DNA of 64,000 nucleotides from Gammaproteobacteria bacterium (GCA_023266095.1 JAHFRV010000012.1:5042-69041), one strand, 5' to 3'. Shown: positions 1 to 15,500, counted from the stretch's first letter. The notes: generated by a model from the letters alone, not told the origin. Made by a program: numbers and translations.

Positions 1-18
1 CGCAGCGCTCCCCTTGGC

Positions 19-60
19 TTGCCCGCGAGGATCCATGTCTCGCGGGCAATCTAATTTAAT
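19..60 (-). terminator. GC-rich hairpin just past the uvrA stop (arms ttgcccgcgag / ctcgcgggcaa)
   Basis: Perfect 11-bp inverted repeat at 19-29 / 39-49 read directly. It lies downstream of the minus-strand uvrA stop at 70. The AT-rich tract is only on the plus side, so terminator function is inferred. Confidence 0.35.
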
Positions 61-69
61 TATACGCCG

Positions 70-2931
<2,862 letters not shown>

Positions 2932-3007
2932 CCTAATTTCCCGCTCATGGTGCAACCTGCTACTATACCCCCCCTTCGCGTGACGAGGCAAAAACGAGAA
3001 AACCTTT

Positions 3008-4381
3008 GTGACGAATGACAGCATGACCCCGAGCGAGCGGCGCGCCACTGTGTCGCTGGCCGCGATCTTTTCCACCCGTATGTTGGGCTTATTCATGATC
3101 CTGCCGGTGTTCGCGCTGTATGCGCAGCATTTGGAAGGTGCGACACCCGCCTTGATGGGGTTGGCGATCGGCATTTATGGCTTGCTGCAGGCGGTGTTGG
3201 GCATCCCCTTCGGCATGATTTCCGACAAGTTCGGCCGTAAGCCGGTGATCGTGGTGGGTTTGATCATCTTCGCGATCGGCAGCGTGGTGGCGGCGCTGGC
3301 CGACTCGATCTGGGGAGTGATCCTCGGCCGAGCCCTGCAGGGCGGCGGCGCCATCGCCGCGGTGGTAATGGCCCTGGCGGCGGACCTCACCCGCGAGGAA
3401 CATCGGGTCAAATCCATGGCCACCATCGGCGCCAGCATCGGCCTGTCTTTCACGGTGGCGCTGATCATCGGCCCGCTGTTGAGCAAGTGGATCGGCGTGC
3501 CCGGTATTTTCTGGGCGACGGCGGTGCTGGGCCTGGCGGCCATTGCCGTGTTGTACCTCTGGGTGCCGCAGCCGGTCCACAGCCGGCTGCATCGCGATGC
3601 CCAGGCGGTACCCGCCTATTTCGGCACGGTGCTACGCGATCCCGAGCTGCTGCGCCTCAATTTCGGTTCTTTTACCCTGCACATGTTGCTGACCGCCAGT
3701 TTCGTGGTGACGCCCATCGCCTTGCGCGATCACGCCGGGCTGGCGGCGGATCACCACTGGCTGGTGTATCTGGGCGTGATGCTGGCGGCACTGGTGGTGA
3801 TGGTGCCCTTCGTCATCATCGCCGAGAAGCGGCGCAAGATGAAGCAGATCTTCGTCGGCGCGGTCGTTCTGTTGGTGGTCGCCGAGCTGCTGTTGATGAG
3901 CGGCTGGCAGACCCTCAGCGGGTTGGTGGCCGGTTTGCTGCTGTTCTTCATCGCCTTCAACCTGCTGGAGGCCACCCTGCCGTCCCTGGTGGCCAAGATC
4001 ACCCCGCCGGATAAAAAAGGCACGGCCATGGGGGTCTATACCAGCTCGCAATTCTTCGGCGCCTTTTGCGGCGGCGCGCTGGGCGGCTGGCTGTACGGCG
4101 AAGTGGGCATCAATGGCGTGTTCGCGCTCTGCGCAGTGATGGGCGTGCTCTGGGTGGGTGTGGCCGCCACCATGCGTCCCCCCCGTTATTTGTCCAGCCA
4201 ATTGCTGCACGTGGGCGAGATCAGCCCCGCCGAGGCGGCGCCGCTGACCCAGCGCCTGTTGCTTGTCCCGGGGGTGGCCGAGGCGGTGGTGATCGTCGAC
4301 GAGGGGGTGGCCTACCTCAAAGTGGACAAAAAGCTGCTCGACGCCAACGCCTTGCGTGAGTTTTCCATGGCCGAGTCGTAA
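3008..4381 (+). CDS. MFS transporter with ~70-aa soluble C-terminal extension
   Basis: Multi-TM hydrophobic profile and MFS loop motif [15 protein letters not shown] start. Sits between divergent uvrA and ssb. Confidence 0.8.
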   Translation: MTNDSMTPSERRATVSLAAIFSTRMLGLFMILPVFALYAQHLEGATPALMGLAIGIYGLLQAVLGIPFGMISDKFGRKPVIVVGLIIFAIGSVVAALADSIWGVILGRALQGGGAIAAVVMALAADLTREEHRVKSMATIGASIGLSFTVALIIGPLLSKWIGVPGIFWATAVLGLAAIAVLYLWVPQPVHSRLHRDAQAVPAYFGTVLRDPELLRLNFGSFTLHMLLTASFVVTPIALRDHAGLAADHHWLVYLGVMLAALVVMVPFVIIAEKRRKMKQIFVGAVVLLVVAELLLMSGWQTLSGLVAGLLLFFIAFNLLEATLPSLVAKITPPDKKGTAMGVYTSSQFFGAFCGGALGGWLYGEVGINGVFALCAVMGVLWVGVAATMRPPRYLSSQLLHVGEISPAEAAPLTQRLLLVPGVAEAVVIVDEGVAYLKVDKKLLDANALREFSMAES

Positions 4382-4465
4382 ACTAGGGGCTCACGCGCAG
4401 CGGTGTAGCGCGGGCATACAGCAAACGGCGGCGATAGTGCGGCCGTCAACAGCGGGGTGATCACC

Positions 4466-4939
4466 ATGGCAAAAGGCGTAAACAAGGTAATTTTGATCGG
4501 TAACCTGGGCAAAGACCCGGAGGTGCGCTACATGCCCAGCGGCGGCGCGGTGGCCAATGTCACGCTCGCCACCAGCGAATCCTGGAAAGATAAGCAGACT
4601 GGCGAGAACCAGGAACGCACCGAGTGGCACAACGTAGTGTTCTACAATCGTCTCGCTGAAATCGCCGGTGAGTATCTGAAAAAGGGCTCCAAGGTCTATG
4701 TGGAAGGGAGTATCCGTACTGAGAAGTGGCAGGACAAAGAGGGCAAGGACCGTTACACCACCAAGATCGTCGCCGCCGAGATGCAGATGCTCGACAGCCG
4801 CGGCGCGGGTGGCGGCGGTGCCCCGGCTGCGGGACGCGAGAGCAGCAGCGGTGGCGGCAACTGGCAGAAAGAGTCGTCCTCTTCCTCCGCCGGTGCCCCG
4901 GCGCCGGCCGGCGATTTCGACGACGACATCCCGTTTTAA
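4466..4939 (+). CDS. ssb: single-stranded DNA-binding protein
   Basis: OB-fold N-terminus [34 protein letters not shown], Gly-rich linker and acidic tail [11 protein letters not shown] 4466 (MAKGVNK) preferred over the track start 4457. Confidence 0.95.
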   Translation: MAKGVNKVILIGNLGKDPEVRYMPSGGAVANVTLATSESWKDKQTGENQERTEWHNVVFYNRLAEIAGEYLKKGSKVYVEGSIRTEKWQDKEGKDRYTTKIVAAEMQMLDSRGAGGGGAPAAGRESSSGGGNWQKESSSSSAGAPAPAGDFDDDIPF

Positions 4940-5042
4940 TCCGGAAGGTTTTGAGGCCATGGACGGCGTGAGTACCCGTGGGGACGGGTGCCGTCCGCGG
5001 CCGCCGCAGCGGTAGTGCAAAAAAATAATCGGGGCTGATCAC

Positions 5043-6212
5043 ATGAACCTACACGAGTTTCAGGCCAAGCAATTGTTTGCTTTTTACGGCATCGCGGTGC
5101 CGCCCGGCGGCGAGGCGGACAGCCCGGAGGCGGCGCGCGCGGCGGCCAGCCGGCTCGGTGGCGAAGAGTGGGTGGTCAAGGCCCAGGTCCACGCCGGCGG
5201 ACGCGGCAAGGCCGGCGGTGTCAAACGGGCCAAGAGCCTCGATGAAGTAGAAGCGGCTACCCAGGCTCTGTTGGGAACGCAATTAATCACCCACCAGACC
5301 CCCCCCGAGGGCTTGCCGATACACCATGTCTTGATCGAGCCGGTGTCGCAAGTTGCACGCGAGTTGTATCTCGGCGCGGTGATCGACCGGGCCCGCGAGC
5401 GGGTGGTGTTCATGGCCTCCAGCATGGGCGGCATGGACATCGAACAGATCGCCGCCACTCAGCCGGAACAGATCCTCACGCTCACCGTCGACCCGGTGGT
5501 CGGCCTGCAACCCTACCAAGTACGCCAGGTCGGCTTCGTCCTCAAGCTCGACATGGCACAGTTCGGCGCGCTGAATGGGGTAATGAACGGCCTGTACCGG
5601 CTGTTCATGGAGAAGGACGTCAGCCTGGTGGAGATCAATCCGCTGGTAGTCACCACGGACGGCGAGCTGATCGCGGTGGACGCCAAACTCAATATCGACG
5701 ACAACGCCCTGTTCCGTCATCCTGATCTGCTGGCCTTGAAAGATCCCAGCCAAGAAAATGAAATGGAATTGGAGGCCGAGAAACACGGCCTCAATTACGT
5801 GCCGCTCGACGGTAGCATTGCCTGCATGGTCAACGGCGCGGGCCTCGCCATGGCGACCATGGACATCATCAAACTGCACGGCGGCGAGCCGGCCAATTTC
5901 CTCGATGTCGGCGGTGGCACCACCGCGGAGCGCGTGGCCGAAGCTTTCAAGTTGATACTTTCCGACCAGAAAGTGAAGGCGGTGCTGGTGAATATCTTCG
6001 GCGGCATCGTGCGCTGCGACCTCATCGCCGAAGGCATCATCAAGGCCGTACAGGAAGTGCATGTGACGGTGCCGGTAGTCGTGCGGCTGCAAGGCACCAA
6101 TGTGGAGAAGGGCAAAGCAATGTTGAAAGAGAGCGGCCTGGCGATTACCGCCGCCGATGATCTCAGCGATGCAGCGGCGACGGTGGTGAAGCTGGCGGCG
6201 GCGGGAGCTTGA
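5043..6212 (+). CDS. sucC: succinyl-CoA synthetase beta subunit
   Basis: [13 protein letters not shown]-terminus, ATP-grasp segment [17 protein letters not shown], and 389 aa typical length. Followed 4 nt later by sucD. Confidence 0.95.
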   Translation: MNLHEFQAKQLFAFYGIAVPPGGEADSPEAARAAASRLGGEEWVVKAQVHAGGRGKAGGVKRAKSLDEVEAATQALLGTQLITHQTPPEGLPIHHVLIEPVSQVARELYLGAVIDRARERVVFMASSMGGMDIEQIAATQPEQILTLTVDPVVGLQPYQVRQVGFVLKLDMAQFGALNGVMNGLYRLFMEKDVSLVEINPLVVTTDGELIAVDAKLNIDDNALFRHPDLLALKDPSQENEMELEAEKHGLNYVPLDGSIACMVNGAGLAMATMDIIKLHGGEPANFLDVGGGTTAERVAEAFKLILSDQKVKAVLVNIFGGIVRCDLIAEGIIKAVQEVHVTVPVVVRLQGTNVEKGKAMLKESGLAITAADDLSDAAATVVKLAAAGA

Positions 6213-6215
6213 GAC

Positions 6216-7088
6216 ATGGCGATATTCATCAATAAAAACACCCGGGTAATCTGCCAAGGCTTCACCGGCAAGCAGGGTACGTTTCATTCGCAACAGGCTA
6301 TTGCTTACGGCACGCAGTTGGTCGGCGGGGTAACGCCGGGCAAGGGCGGGCAATTGCATCTCGAACGGCCGGTGTTCGACACCGTGCGCGACGCGGTGCA
6401 GGCGACCAAGGCCGACGCCACCATGATTTATGTGCCGGCGCCGTACGCGGCCGATGCGATATTGGAGGCGGCCGACGCCGGCATCGCCACCATCGTCTGC
6501 ATCACCGAGGGCATTCCGGTGGTGGACATGCTGAAAGTAAAGGCGGCGCTAAAACACTACAATGCGCGGCTGATCGGCCCCAATTGTCCGGGTGTGATCA
6601 CGCCCGGCGAGTGCAAAATCGGCATCATGCCCGGTTCGATTCATAAAAAGGGCAGCATCGGCATCGTCTCGCGTTCCGGCACCTTGACCTATGAGGCCGT
6701 CTACCAGACGACGATGAACGGCTTGGGGCAGAGCACTTGCGTCGGCATCGGCGGCGATCCCATTCAAGGCACCAACTTCATCGAATGCCTGCAACTCTTC
6801 GAACAGGACCGTCAGACCAAGGGCATCGTCATGGTCGGCGAGATCGGCGGCACCGCCGAGGAAGAAGCGGCGGACTACATCCGCTCGAGCATGCGCAAAC
6901 CGGTGGTGGCCTACATCGCCGGCGTCACCGCGCCGCCGGGCAAACGCATGGGTCATGCCGGCGCCATCATCGCCGGCGGCAAGGGTCGGGCAAAGAACAA
7001 GATCGCCGCGCTGGAAGCGGCGGGGGTGAGCGTGGCCTCTTCGCCGGCCGACATCGGCAAGCGCATGCTGGAGTTCTTTACGGGCTGA
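6216..7088 (+). CDS. sucD: succinyl-CoA synthetase alpha subunit
   Basis: N-terminus [30 protein letters not shown], and the phosphohistidine loop GHAGAII. Confidence 0.95.
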   Translation: MAIFINKNTRVICQGFTGKQGTFHSQQAIAYGTQLVGGVTPGKGGQLHLERPVFDTVRDAVQATKADATMIYVPAPYAADAILEAADAGIATIVCITEGIPVVDMLKVKAALKHYNARLIGPNCPGVITPGECKIGIMPGSIHKKGSIGIVSRSGTLTYEAVYQTTMNGLGQSTCVGIGGDPIQGTNFIECLQLFEQDRQTKGIVMVGEIGGTAEEEAADYIRSSMRKPVVAYIAGVTAPPGKRMGHAGAIIAGGKGRAKNKIAALEAAGVSVASSPADIGKRMLEFFTG

Positions 7089-7218
7089 GCACGGCGTACG
7101 GATGGGTGATGGTTTGTTGAAACCGTCGCTGCGCCGCCCTTTCCCTGCCTGCGGACAGGGTGTAGCTATTCGCCTGGCGTAACGGCTCCGGCGAAACGAG
7201 TGAGGAGATCGGTAAATA

Positions 7219-8862
7219 GTGACCCAGCAACTACGAGTGGCGCTGGCCCAGCTCAATATGCTGGTGGGCGATGTGGCAGGCAATGTCGCCAAGGTGGCGG
7301 CGGCGCTCGCCCGCGCCCGCGATGAGTTGCGTGCCGATGTGGTGATTTTTCCCGAACTCACCCTCACCGCTTATCCGCCTGAGGATTTATTGCTGCGTCC
7401 CGGTTTGCACCGCCAGGTGTTGCGCGGCCTTGACCTACTCAAACGCCAAGTGACCGGTATCGACGTGGTCCTCGGCTACCCGGTGCTCGCCGCCGATGGT
7501 TTGCGCAATAGCGCCTCGTTACTGCGCGAGGGCGAGGTCATCGCCACGTATCACAAACAACATCTTCCCAATTACAGCGTGTTCGACGAGAAGCGTTACT
7601 TCGTGCCCGGCAATGAGGCGACGGTGGTGGACATACGCGGCGTGCCGGTCGCGCTCACCGTGTGCGAAGACCTCTGGCATCCCGGCCCCATGGCGCAGGC
7701 CGAGGCGGCGGGTGCCAGGCTCATGTTCAATCTCAATGCCTCGCCTTATCACGCCGGCAAGGGCGGCGAACGGGAGGCCGTGCTCCGTGAGCGCCTAGCA
7801 GAAGCGGCCATGCCCATCGTCTATGTCAACCAGGTGGGTGGACAGGATGAATTGATATTCGACGGTGAGTCCTTGGTGATGAACGGCGAAGGCGAGATCG
7901 TACTGCGCGCCCAGCCCTTCGTCGAAGATATCTATTTGGCTGAATTCGATGTGCGGAACGGTGTCGCTATTGCGCAGCCGGGGGTGATGCACGCCGCGCT
8001 GCCGGCGGTGGAAAGCATTTACCGCGCGGTGGTGCTCGGCGTGCGCGATTATATCGAGAAAAATAATTTTGACGGCGCGGTGATCGGCCTCTCCGGCGGC
8101 GTCGACTCCGCCTTGACCCTGGCCATTGCAGTGGACGCCATCGGTGCCGAGCGGGTGGAGGCGGTGATGATGCCGTCGCGCTACACTGCGCAGATGAGCC
8201 TCGACGACGCCGAACTCGAAGCCGAGACGCTGGGCGTGGAATACCACGTGATTTCCATCGAACCGGTCTTTAACGCCTTTCTCACCAGTTTGCACGACGA
8301 GCTGGCGGGCAGGGCACCGGACACCACCGAAGAAAATATTCAAGCCCGCTGCCGGGGGGTGATACTGATGGCCATCTCCAATAAAAAAACTAAGATTCTG
8401 CTCACCACCGGCAATAAGAGCGAGATGGCGGTGGGTTATGCCACGCTTTACGGCGACATGGCGGGAGGTTATGCGCCCATCAAGGATCTGCCCAAGACCA
8501 TGGTGTATCAATTGGCGCATTACCGTAACGGCGTGGCGCCGGTAATTCCACGGCGGGTGCTGGAGCGGCCGCCCAGCGCGGAGCTCAAACCGGATCAAAA
8601 AGATCAGGACAGTCTGCCGCCCTATGAAATTCTCGATCCCATCCTGGAACTGTATGTGGAGCAGGACCAGACGCCGGAAGAAATCATCACCGCTGGCTTC
8701 GAACGCGAGACGGTTCTGCGGGTGGTGGCGATGGTCAACCGCAACGAATACAAACGGCGCCAGGCGCCGCCGGGGGTGCGGGTGAGCCGCCGCGCCTTCG
8801 GCCGCGACCGCCGTTATCCGATCACCAGCGCTTACCGCGATCACCCGCGGTTCATCGATTGA
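7219..8862 (+). CDS. nadE: glutamine-dependent NAD+ synthetase (CN-hydrolase + NAD synthase domains)
   Basis: N-terminal nitrilase-like domain (FPELTLTAYPPEDLL, CEDLW) fused to a PP-loop domain (GLSGGVDSAL). 547 aa. Confidence 0.9.
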   Translation: MTQQLRVALAQLNMLVGDVAGNVAKVAAALARARDELRADVVIFPELTLTAYPPEDLLLRPGLHRQVLRGLDLLKRQVTGIDVVLGYPVLAADGLRNSASLLREGEVIATYHKQHLPNYSVFDEKRYFVPGNEATVVDIRGVPVALTVCEDLWHPGPMAQAEAAGARLMFNLNASPYHAGKGGEREAVLRERLAEAAMPIVYVNQVGGQDELIFDGESLVMNGEGEIVLRAQPFVEDIYLAEFDVRNGVAIAQPGVMHAALPAVESIYRAVVLGVRDYIEKNNFDGAVIGLSGGVDSALTLAIAVDAIGAERVEAVMMPSRYTAQMSLDDAELEAETLGVEYHVISIEPVFNAFLTSLHDELAGRAPDTTEENIQARCRGVILMAISNKKTKILLTTGNKSEMAVGYATLYGDMAGGYAPIKDLPKTMVYQLAHYRNGVAPVIPRRVLERPPSAELKPDQKDQDSLPPYEILDPILELYVEQDQTPEEIITAGFERETVLRVVAMVNRNEYKRRQAPPGVRVSRRAFGRDRRYPITSAYRDHPRFID

Positions 8863-8979
8863 AGCGGCATTGGTTTTAATAAGTGACCGACAGGTTACCG
8901 GACCTTAAAAAATGGCTATCATGTCCGTCGACGCGGGCGGAGTACATGGGGCGTCATCAGGCGCGCCTGACACTATTAG

Positions 8980-9336
<357 letters not shown>

Positions 9337-9442
9337 TTAGGTGTGTGATTCGTAGAAGCCACAGACCGATTAAAGGAAAATCTGCCTTTGATTAGAATGT
9401 AAAAGTCAGGGTTCTCGTCCTTAGGGGGTAAAGTAGCGTTAT

Positions 9443-9881
9443 CTAATCCCAGTAATAGCGCGGCTTCCAGGCCACTTTTTCGAAAATATCTCGACTAACT
9501 AGTTGGTTATGATCCGTGGAGGCGGCGATCCGTACCGTTCGCCCCAGTACACCTTGATGAGATTGTGCGAGATACGCTCGACGGCGAAGCTGTATAGGTA
9601 CGCCCGCCTTTTTTTCTATTGACAGCCTCACCTGATAAAAATAATTTAAACCCCTAACAAAGTGTCCGGAATAATTAGACCGCGTCACTTTTTGGTTCGG
9701 AGAGATAGGGGGGCCGCCTGCTTTGTTCGACTAGGCCCGCCTCACCCAGCGCTTCATATCGCATCAACCACTTTCACAAGGTCGGTCGAGAGATTCCACA
9801 TCTAAGGCACATGAGCACTGCGTCTCAGTACATCTGGTAGGTCTTTATCCGCTGCAGGCGTTTTTTGAACTCAGCGTCCAT
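9443..9881 (-). mobile_element. degenerate transposase N-terminal (HTH) remnant, IS481-like
   Basis: Minus strand from ATG 9879-9881 reads MDAEFKKRLQRIKTYQMY*. In shifted frames it continues ..CGISRPTL*KWLMRYEALGEAGLVEQSRRPPISPNQK.., the HTH / RSRRP-type pattern of IS481-like transposases. Several stops and frameshifts; the catalytic domain is absent. Family call is by eye only. Confidence 0.5.
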
Positions 9882-9890
9882 CGCCCCATT

Positions 9891-9917
9891 CTAGAACCTA
9901 GCAAAAAATTGGATCAG
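9891..9917 (+). repeat. IS terminal-repeat motif, copy 4 (ctagaacctagcaaaaaattggatcag)
   Basis: Matches the motif tagaacctaNYtcaaaatYgRaat also found at 12249-12277 (inverted), 12325-12353 and 41501-41528. Lies 10 nt outside the transposase-remnant ATG and supplies the stop codon of the truncated kinase ORF. Confidence 0.55.
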
Positions 9918-10421
9918 CCAGGGTTCTGCCAGAGATGACGCCATCGAAGCGTTTTTGGCGAGTTCCAAATTAATCACGATATTATTTAAACGTCCCCGAA
10001 TATCATGAACGACGCCTGGAAATAGGGTTGAAAATAACCTAAACCAGGCTGCCTGGTATAAATCTGTGGTATCAATAGAAATAGTATTCAATGCCGTTTT
10101 TTCTACTGTAAACCGATAATAGCCAGTTAGTCTTTTTACTTGAAAAATGTCACATCTAAACGTAGTAGATATCTCCTTACTATTTTCATCCATCGAAAAC
10201 ACGGAGTAATTAATGCCCTCCGCGGCCATACCAGAAACAACTTCTGCCATACGACATATTACCGCTCTGGGAATATCTTGAATATTATTCCTCAAAAAAT
10301 CTTCAATATTTTCTCTTTCTGGCGAGGATAAATTAATTTGACCGGTTATTATTGTTCGATTTCCATCATTTCTTAAACAGTGAGTTGATACACTGATAAC
10401 CTGACCCGATTTTAATACCAT
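9891..10421 (-). pseudogene. 3'-truncated sensor histidine kinase (sensor domain plus start of H-box only)
   Basis: The 176-aa ORF is visibly AT-rich. It ends 20 aa after an H-box-like segment FPGVVHDIRGRLNNIVINLELAK, so no ATPase domain is present. The last codons (..LIQFFARF*) are read from the IS terminal repeat, which indicates disruption by insertion. Confidence 0.55.
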
Positions 10422-10471
10422 TTCAGCACTCCCTTTGAATAATCATCTATTTTCAAATTAACAATCGACGA

Positions 10472-10579
10472 GCCAAGGAGAGCGAAGCGAGGGCGAGGAG
10501 CCCGCGGTAGACGCGAAGCGGCGTCAGCCATTGTGGTAGCCATGAGGTGCTGCGCAGTAGCGCGTCGTGGCGGACGCAG
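10472..10579 (+). repeat. 108-nt repeat, copy A
   Basis: Aligns position by position with 19005-19112 (copy B). The first ~65 nt and last ~25 nt are well conserved (gccaaggagagc...ggcggacgcag); the centre is divergent. No coding conservation in any frame. Confidence 0.7.
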
Positions 10580-10808
10580 GGCGGCCGGGGCGAAAGGAAT
10601 CAACGTCGCGAGACCGAGGTCGATTCGCACACGGAGGTGCGAATCGTTTCCTGAGGGCCGCGACACATCGCGCGCCTCTTTTGAAATCCAAGCGGGTGCT
10701 AATAGCATAGGCGACTCGATCCCTGAGATGCAAAAACAGTACGATGAACGAGGCACTCTGAATTTTTAGGACACTCCTATTTGGTAAACGTCAGCAACGG
10801 GAGAACTT

Positions 10809-11400
10809 GTGAAGAAATTGAATACCCCCGCCGATACCTACGCGCCAGAGCTTTGAAAAGAGACTGTGAAGCTGGTTCTGGCGCAAGGGCGTATACTGGC
10901 GCCACCCTGTGAATCTCCATTCCGAGGGGGACACGTGCGAACTGGGTTAGCGTTGCAAAGAGCAGTGTAAATGGGGTCCCCCATTAGCCGGTCCGTGTCA
11001 AGGGCGAAACGGGCTTCTACTCCGCCGTTTTTTCTGGCGGCGAGGTTATTTCCTTTGCTAACCTGCCCCGTTGTTCCGGTCGAACCCGTTTCCTCAGTAC
11101 TGGCTACGACCGCGGAGGGCCTGTCAACCATCAGGATCAAGCGGTGGACCGATGCTCTGGCGCCGCCCTGGCAGCCACGCTGCCCCAGAGAAACGGGAGT
11201 GCCGCCGAGGTGGCCCGGAAAGGCTCACAGCGCGGTGGCTCGCGCGATGCGCGTCCAATCCCCAATTGGCTCACCCGACGGACGACCCGGTGTATAACCA
11301 ATCAGGCGGTGGCGATAGACCTCCACTCAGATCCACTGGTTCACGCCCAGACCCAATTGCTAGCAGGTCGACCGCCACCTTAACCATTTCAGGCAAAACA
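10809..11400 (+). mobile_element. IS3-family transposase remnant (orfA-like, decayed)
   Basis: From GTG 10809: VKKLNTPADTYAPEL*KETVKLVLAQG. This aligns without gaps to the IS3 OrfA pattern Y-S-P-E-F-K-x-E-A-V-x-L-V-L-E-Q-G, with an in-frame TGA. Downstream frames decay (..NLHSEGDTC..) and the element is cut off by the IS110-like remnant. Confidence 0.5.
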
Positions 11401-11405
11401 GCGAT

Positions 11406-11960
11406 TCACGTCAAAAGGCCGTTGCTCATCAAAATGTGGTAACTCGCCCGCGCCAGTTTGTGGGCCAGCGCTTTCGTGGCCACCACGCCGTTGGTTTTTG
11501 CCTTCTTCTTGAAGAAGGTGTTGGCTTCCTTGCAGAAGCGTCTGCCGAAATTAGCCACTTCGATCAAGGCCCACACCAAGTAAGTGTTGCCGTTCTTGGT
11601 GTTGCCTTCGTCCTTTTTCTTGCCGTTGGAATAGCGGGCGCTGTCAACGCAACAGGCGTAAGAGGCGAAGTTGCTGACCTACGCAAAGCGGGTGATATCG
11701 CCTGTCTCGAGCAGGATGACAATGGCCAGTACCTCGCTAATACCTGGGATGCTTTTGAGCAAGGCGTATTCGGGCCGCGGCTTTGCCCCTCCACAAGGCG
11801 CTGCTCCAACTGGTCGATCTGCGTATTCAGTGCCGCAATGATAGCGACATTCGCTTTCGCGGCGAGGGCGACATCGCCGTCCAGCCCCAGCGCATCGAGA
11901 CCCTCGACCGATAGCCGTTTGAAGGCATTGCTCGGCGGCCGTGCGTCCAATGTGTGTGCC
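11406..11960 (-). mobile_element. IS110-family transposase remnant (C-terminal two thirds, nonsense + frameshift)
   Basis: Minus strand reads ..IDQLEQRL.. / ..YALLKSIPGISEVLAIVILLETGDITRFA*VSNFASYACCVDSARYSNGKKKDEGNTKNGNTYLVWALIEVANFGRRF...ALAHKLARASYHILMSNGLLT*. This is the typical IS110 C-terminal domain. In-frame TAG at 11679-11681, frameshift near 11790, and the N-terminal catalytic domain is missing. Confidence 0.65.
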
Positions 11961-12048
11961 AGAATATTTTCCACTGAGTGCGCGAGCGCACCCGTTGGAT
12001 GCATTTTCTGGCCAGATCGCGGAGCGCACGCTGCGCAGTCGGGTCGAT

Positions 12049-12235
12049 ATGGCCGGTGGGCAGGATAGCCACTATAGAGCAGAGTCCATCCGGTTGCCGA
12101 GGGGATTCGTCGATCGGCTGACAAAACCATTTGCCCGGTTCTTGCGCATCATGGCCGGCGGCGACGCCGTTCTTCTGTTGTTCACTGTCGCTGCCCTGGT
12201 TCTGTCCAACTCTCCGGGGAATCATCTTTGTCCCT
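12049..12235 (+). pseudogene. nhaA: Na+/H+ antiporter NhaA N-terminal fragment (~60 codons)
   Basis: MAGGQDSHYRAESIRLPRGFVDRLTKPFARFLRIMAGGDAVLLLFTVAALVLSNSP matches the NhaA N-terminus/TM1 pattern (F.RF...E.aGGivLl..tvvAL..ANS). Similarity stops where the inverted-repeat element begins (~12249). Confidence 0.5.
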
Positions 12236-12248
12236 ATTCCTATACCTG

Positions 12249-12353
12249 CCACCATTTCGATTTTGAGTAGGTTCTAGTATTTTCATGCACGCATTTTACT
12301 TCTTCTATTCGATTGCCGGGTTAATAGAACCTATCTCAAAATTGAAATGGCGG
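12249..12353. mobile_element. 105-bp MITE-like element: two ~28-nt inverted terminal repeats around a 47-nt AT-rich core
   Basis: The reverse complement of 12249-12277 (ccaccatttcgattttgagtaggttctag) matches 12325-12353 (tagaacctatctcaaaattgaaatggcgg). Same motif as the end of the IS481-like remnant at 9891-9917. Confidence 0.55.
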
Positions 12354-12616
12354 CCAAAGGCTGGCGGCTGAGCCATGTTCGACCTCAGTTATTGTGGTCG
12401 CGGTAGGGACGACGGTTACCCGCCGCCCCTACCGCGACCGTTTCCTGAGCTGGAAATCGCCGGGGTTGCCGATTCCTGCTTGATAAAATTGTGCTGATAA
12501 GTTGCATGTGCTCATTTAAGCACCTTGCGGATCGCCGGCACGGATGTCTTCAAGATTGACCACGCCATACGCCGCCCCAGCGCAGGGCCAGGACGGTCAT
12601 GAGGGTGCGTCACAGA

Positions 12617-15415
<2,799 letters not shown>

Positions 15416-15500
15416 GACGTCTCTCTTAAAAATACAAAAAAATCAGAAGTGTAAATTTTGCGGGATACCGATCCGATAATCGCCGCGAGGCTGGGCCATG

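Noticed and set aside
4382-4465. LexA/SOS box upstream of ssb and in the uvrA upstream region (2932-3007).
   Set aside because: The only candidate (gtgtagcgcgggcatacag) has the wrong spacing for CTG-N10-CAG and lacks the leading CTG. Nothing similar lies upstream of uvrA.
5283-6359. Long antisense ORFs opposite confirmed genes: 5283-6359, 6549-7367, 7795-8844, 13814-15079, 30983-32176, 35957-37549, 38902-40005, 41705-42790, 43340-45094, 58273-59490, 59613-60509, 62306-63235.
   Set aside because: Each lies opposite a gene with unmistakable family motifs. Their translations are Arg/Gly/His/Ala-rich low-complexity strings typical of stop-poor antisense frames in high-GC DNA, and none shows a recognisable motif or SD.
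10472-10579. Integron attC site or solo cassette hypothesis for the 108-nt repeat.
   Set aside because: There is no RYYYAAC ... GTTRRRY core pair at the two ends and the ends are not inverted repeats of each other. The only GTTAA-type strings are internal or off by a position, and no integrase is present in the window.
10412-10756. 114-aa minus-strand ORF whose stop overlaps the truncated-kinase ATG, suggesting translational coupling.
   Set aside because: It is read straight through repeat copy A and the hairpin region. The sequence is Arg/Ala/Pro-rich, and the corresponding frame is not conserved in copy B (stop codon and indel).
10586-10960. Group II intron fragment, suggested by the GTGCG at ~10936 and the GAAA-rich structured RNA.
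   Set aside because: The GTGCG lies inside the IS3 orfA-like reading frame, which explains that stretch. No domain V-like hairpin (AGC triad, 2-nt bulge, GNRA loop) and no reverse-transcriptase ORF could be found.
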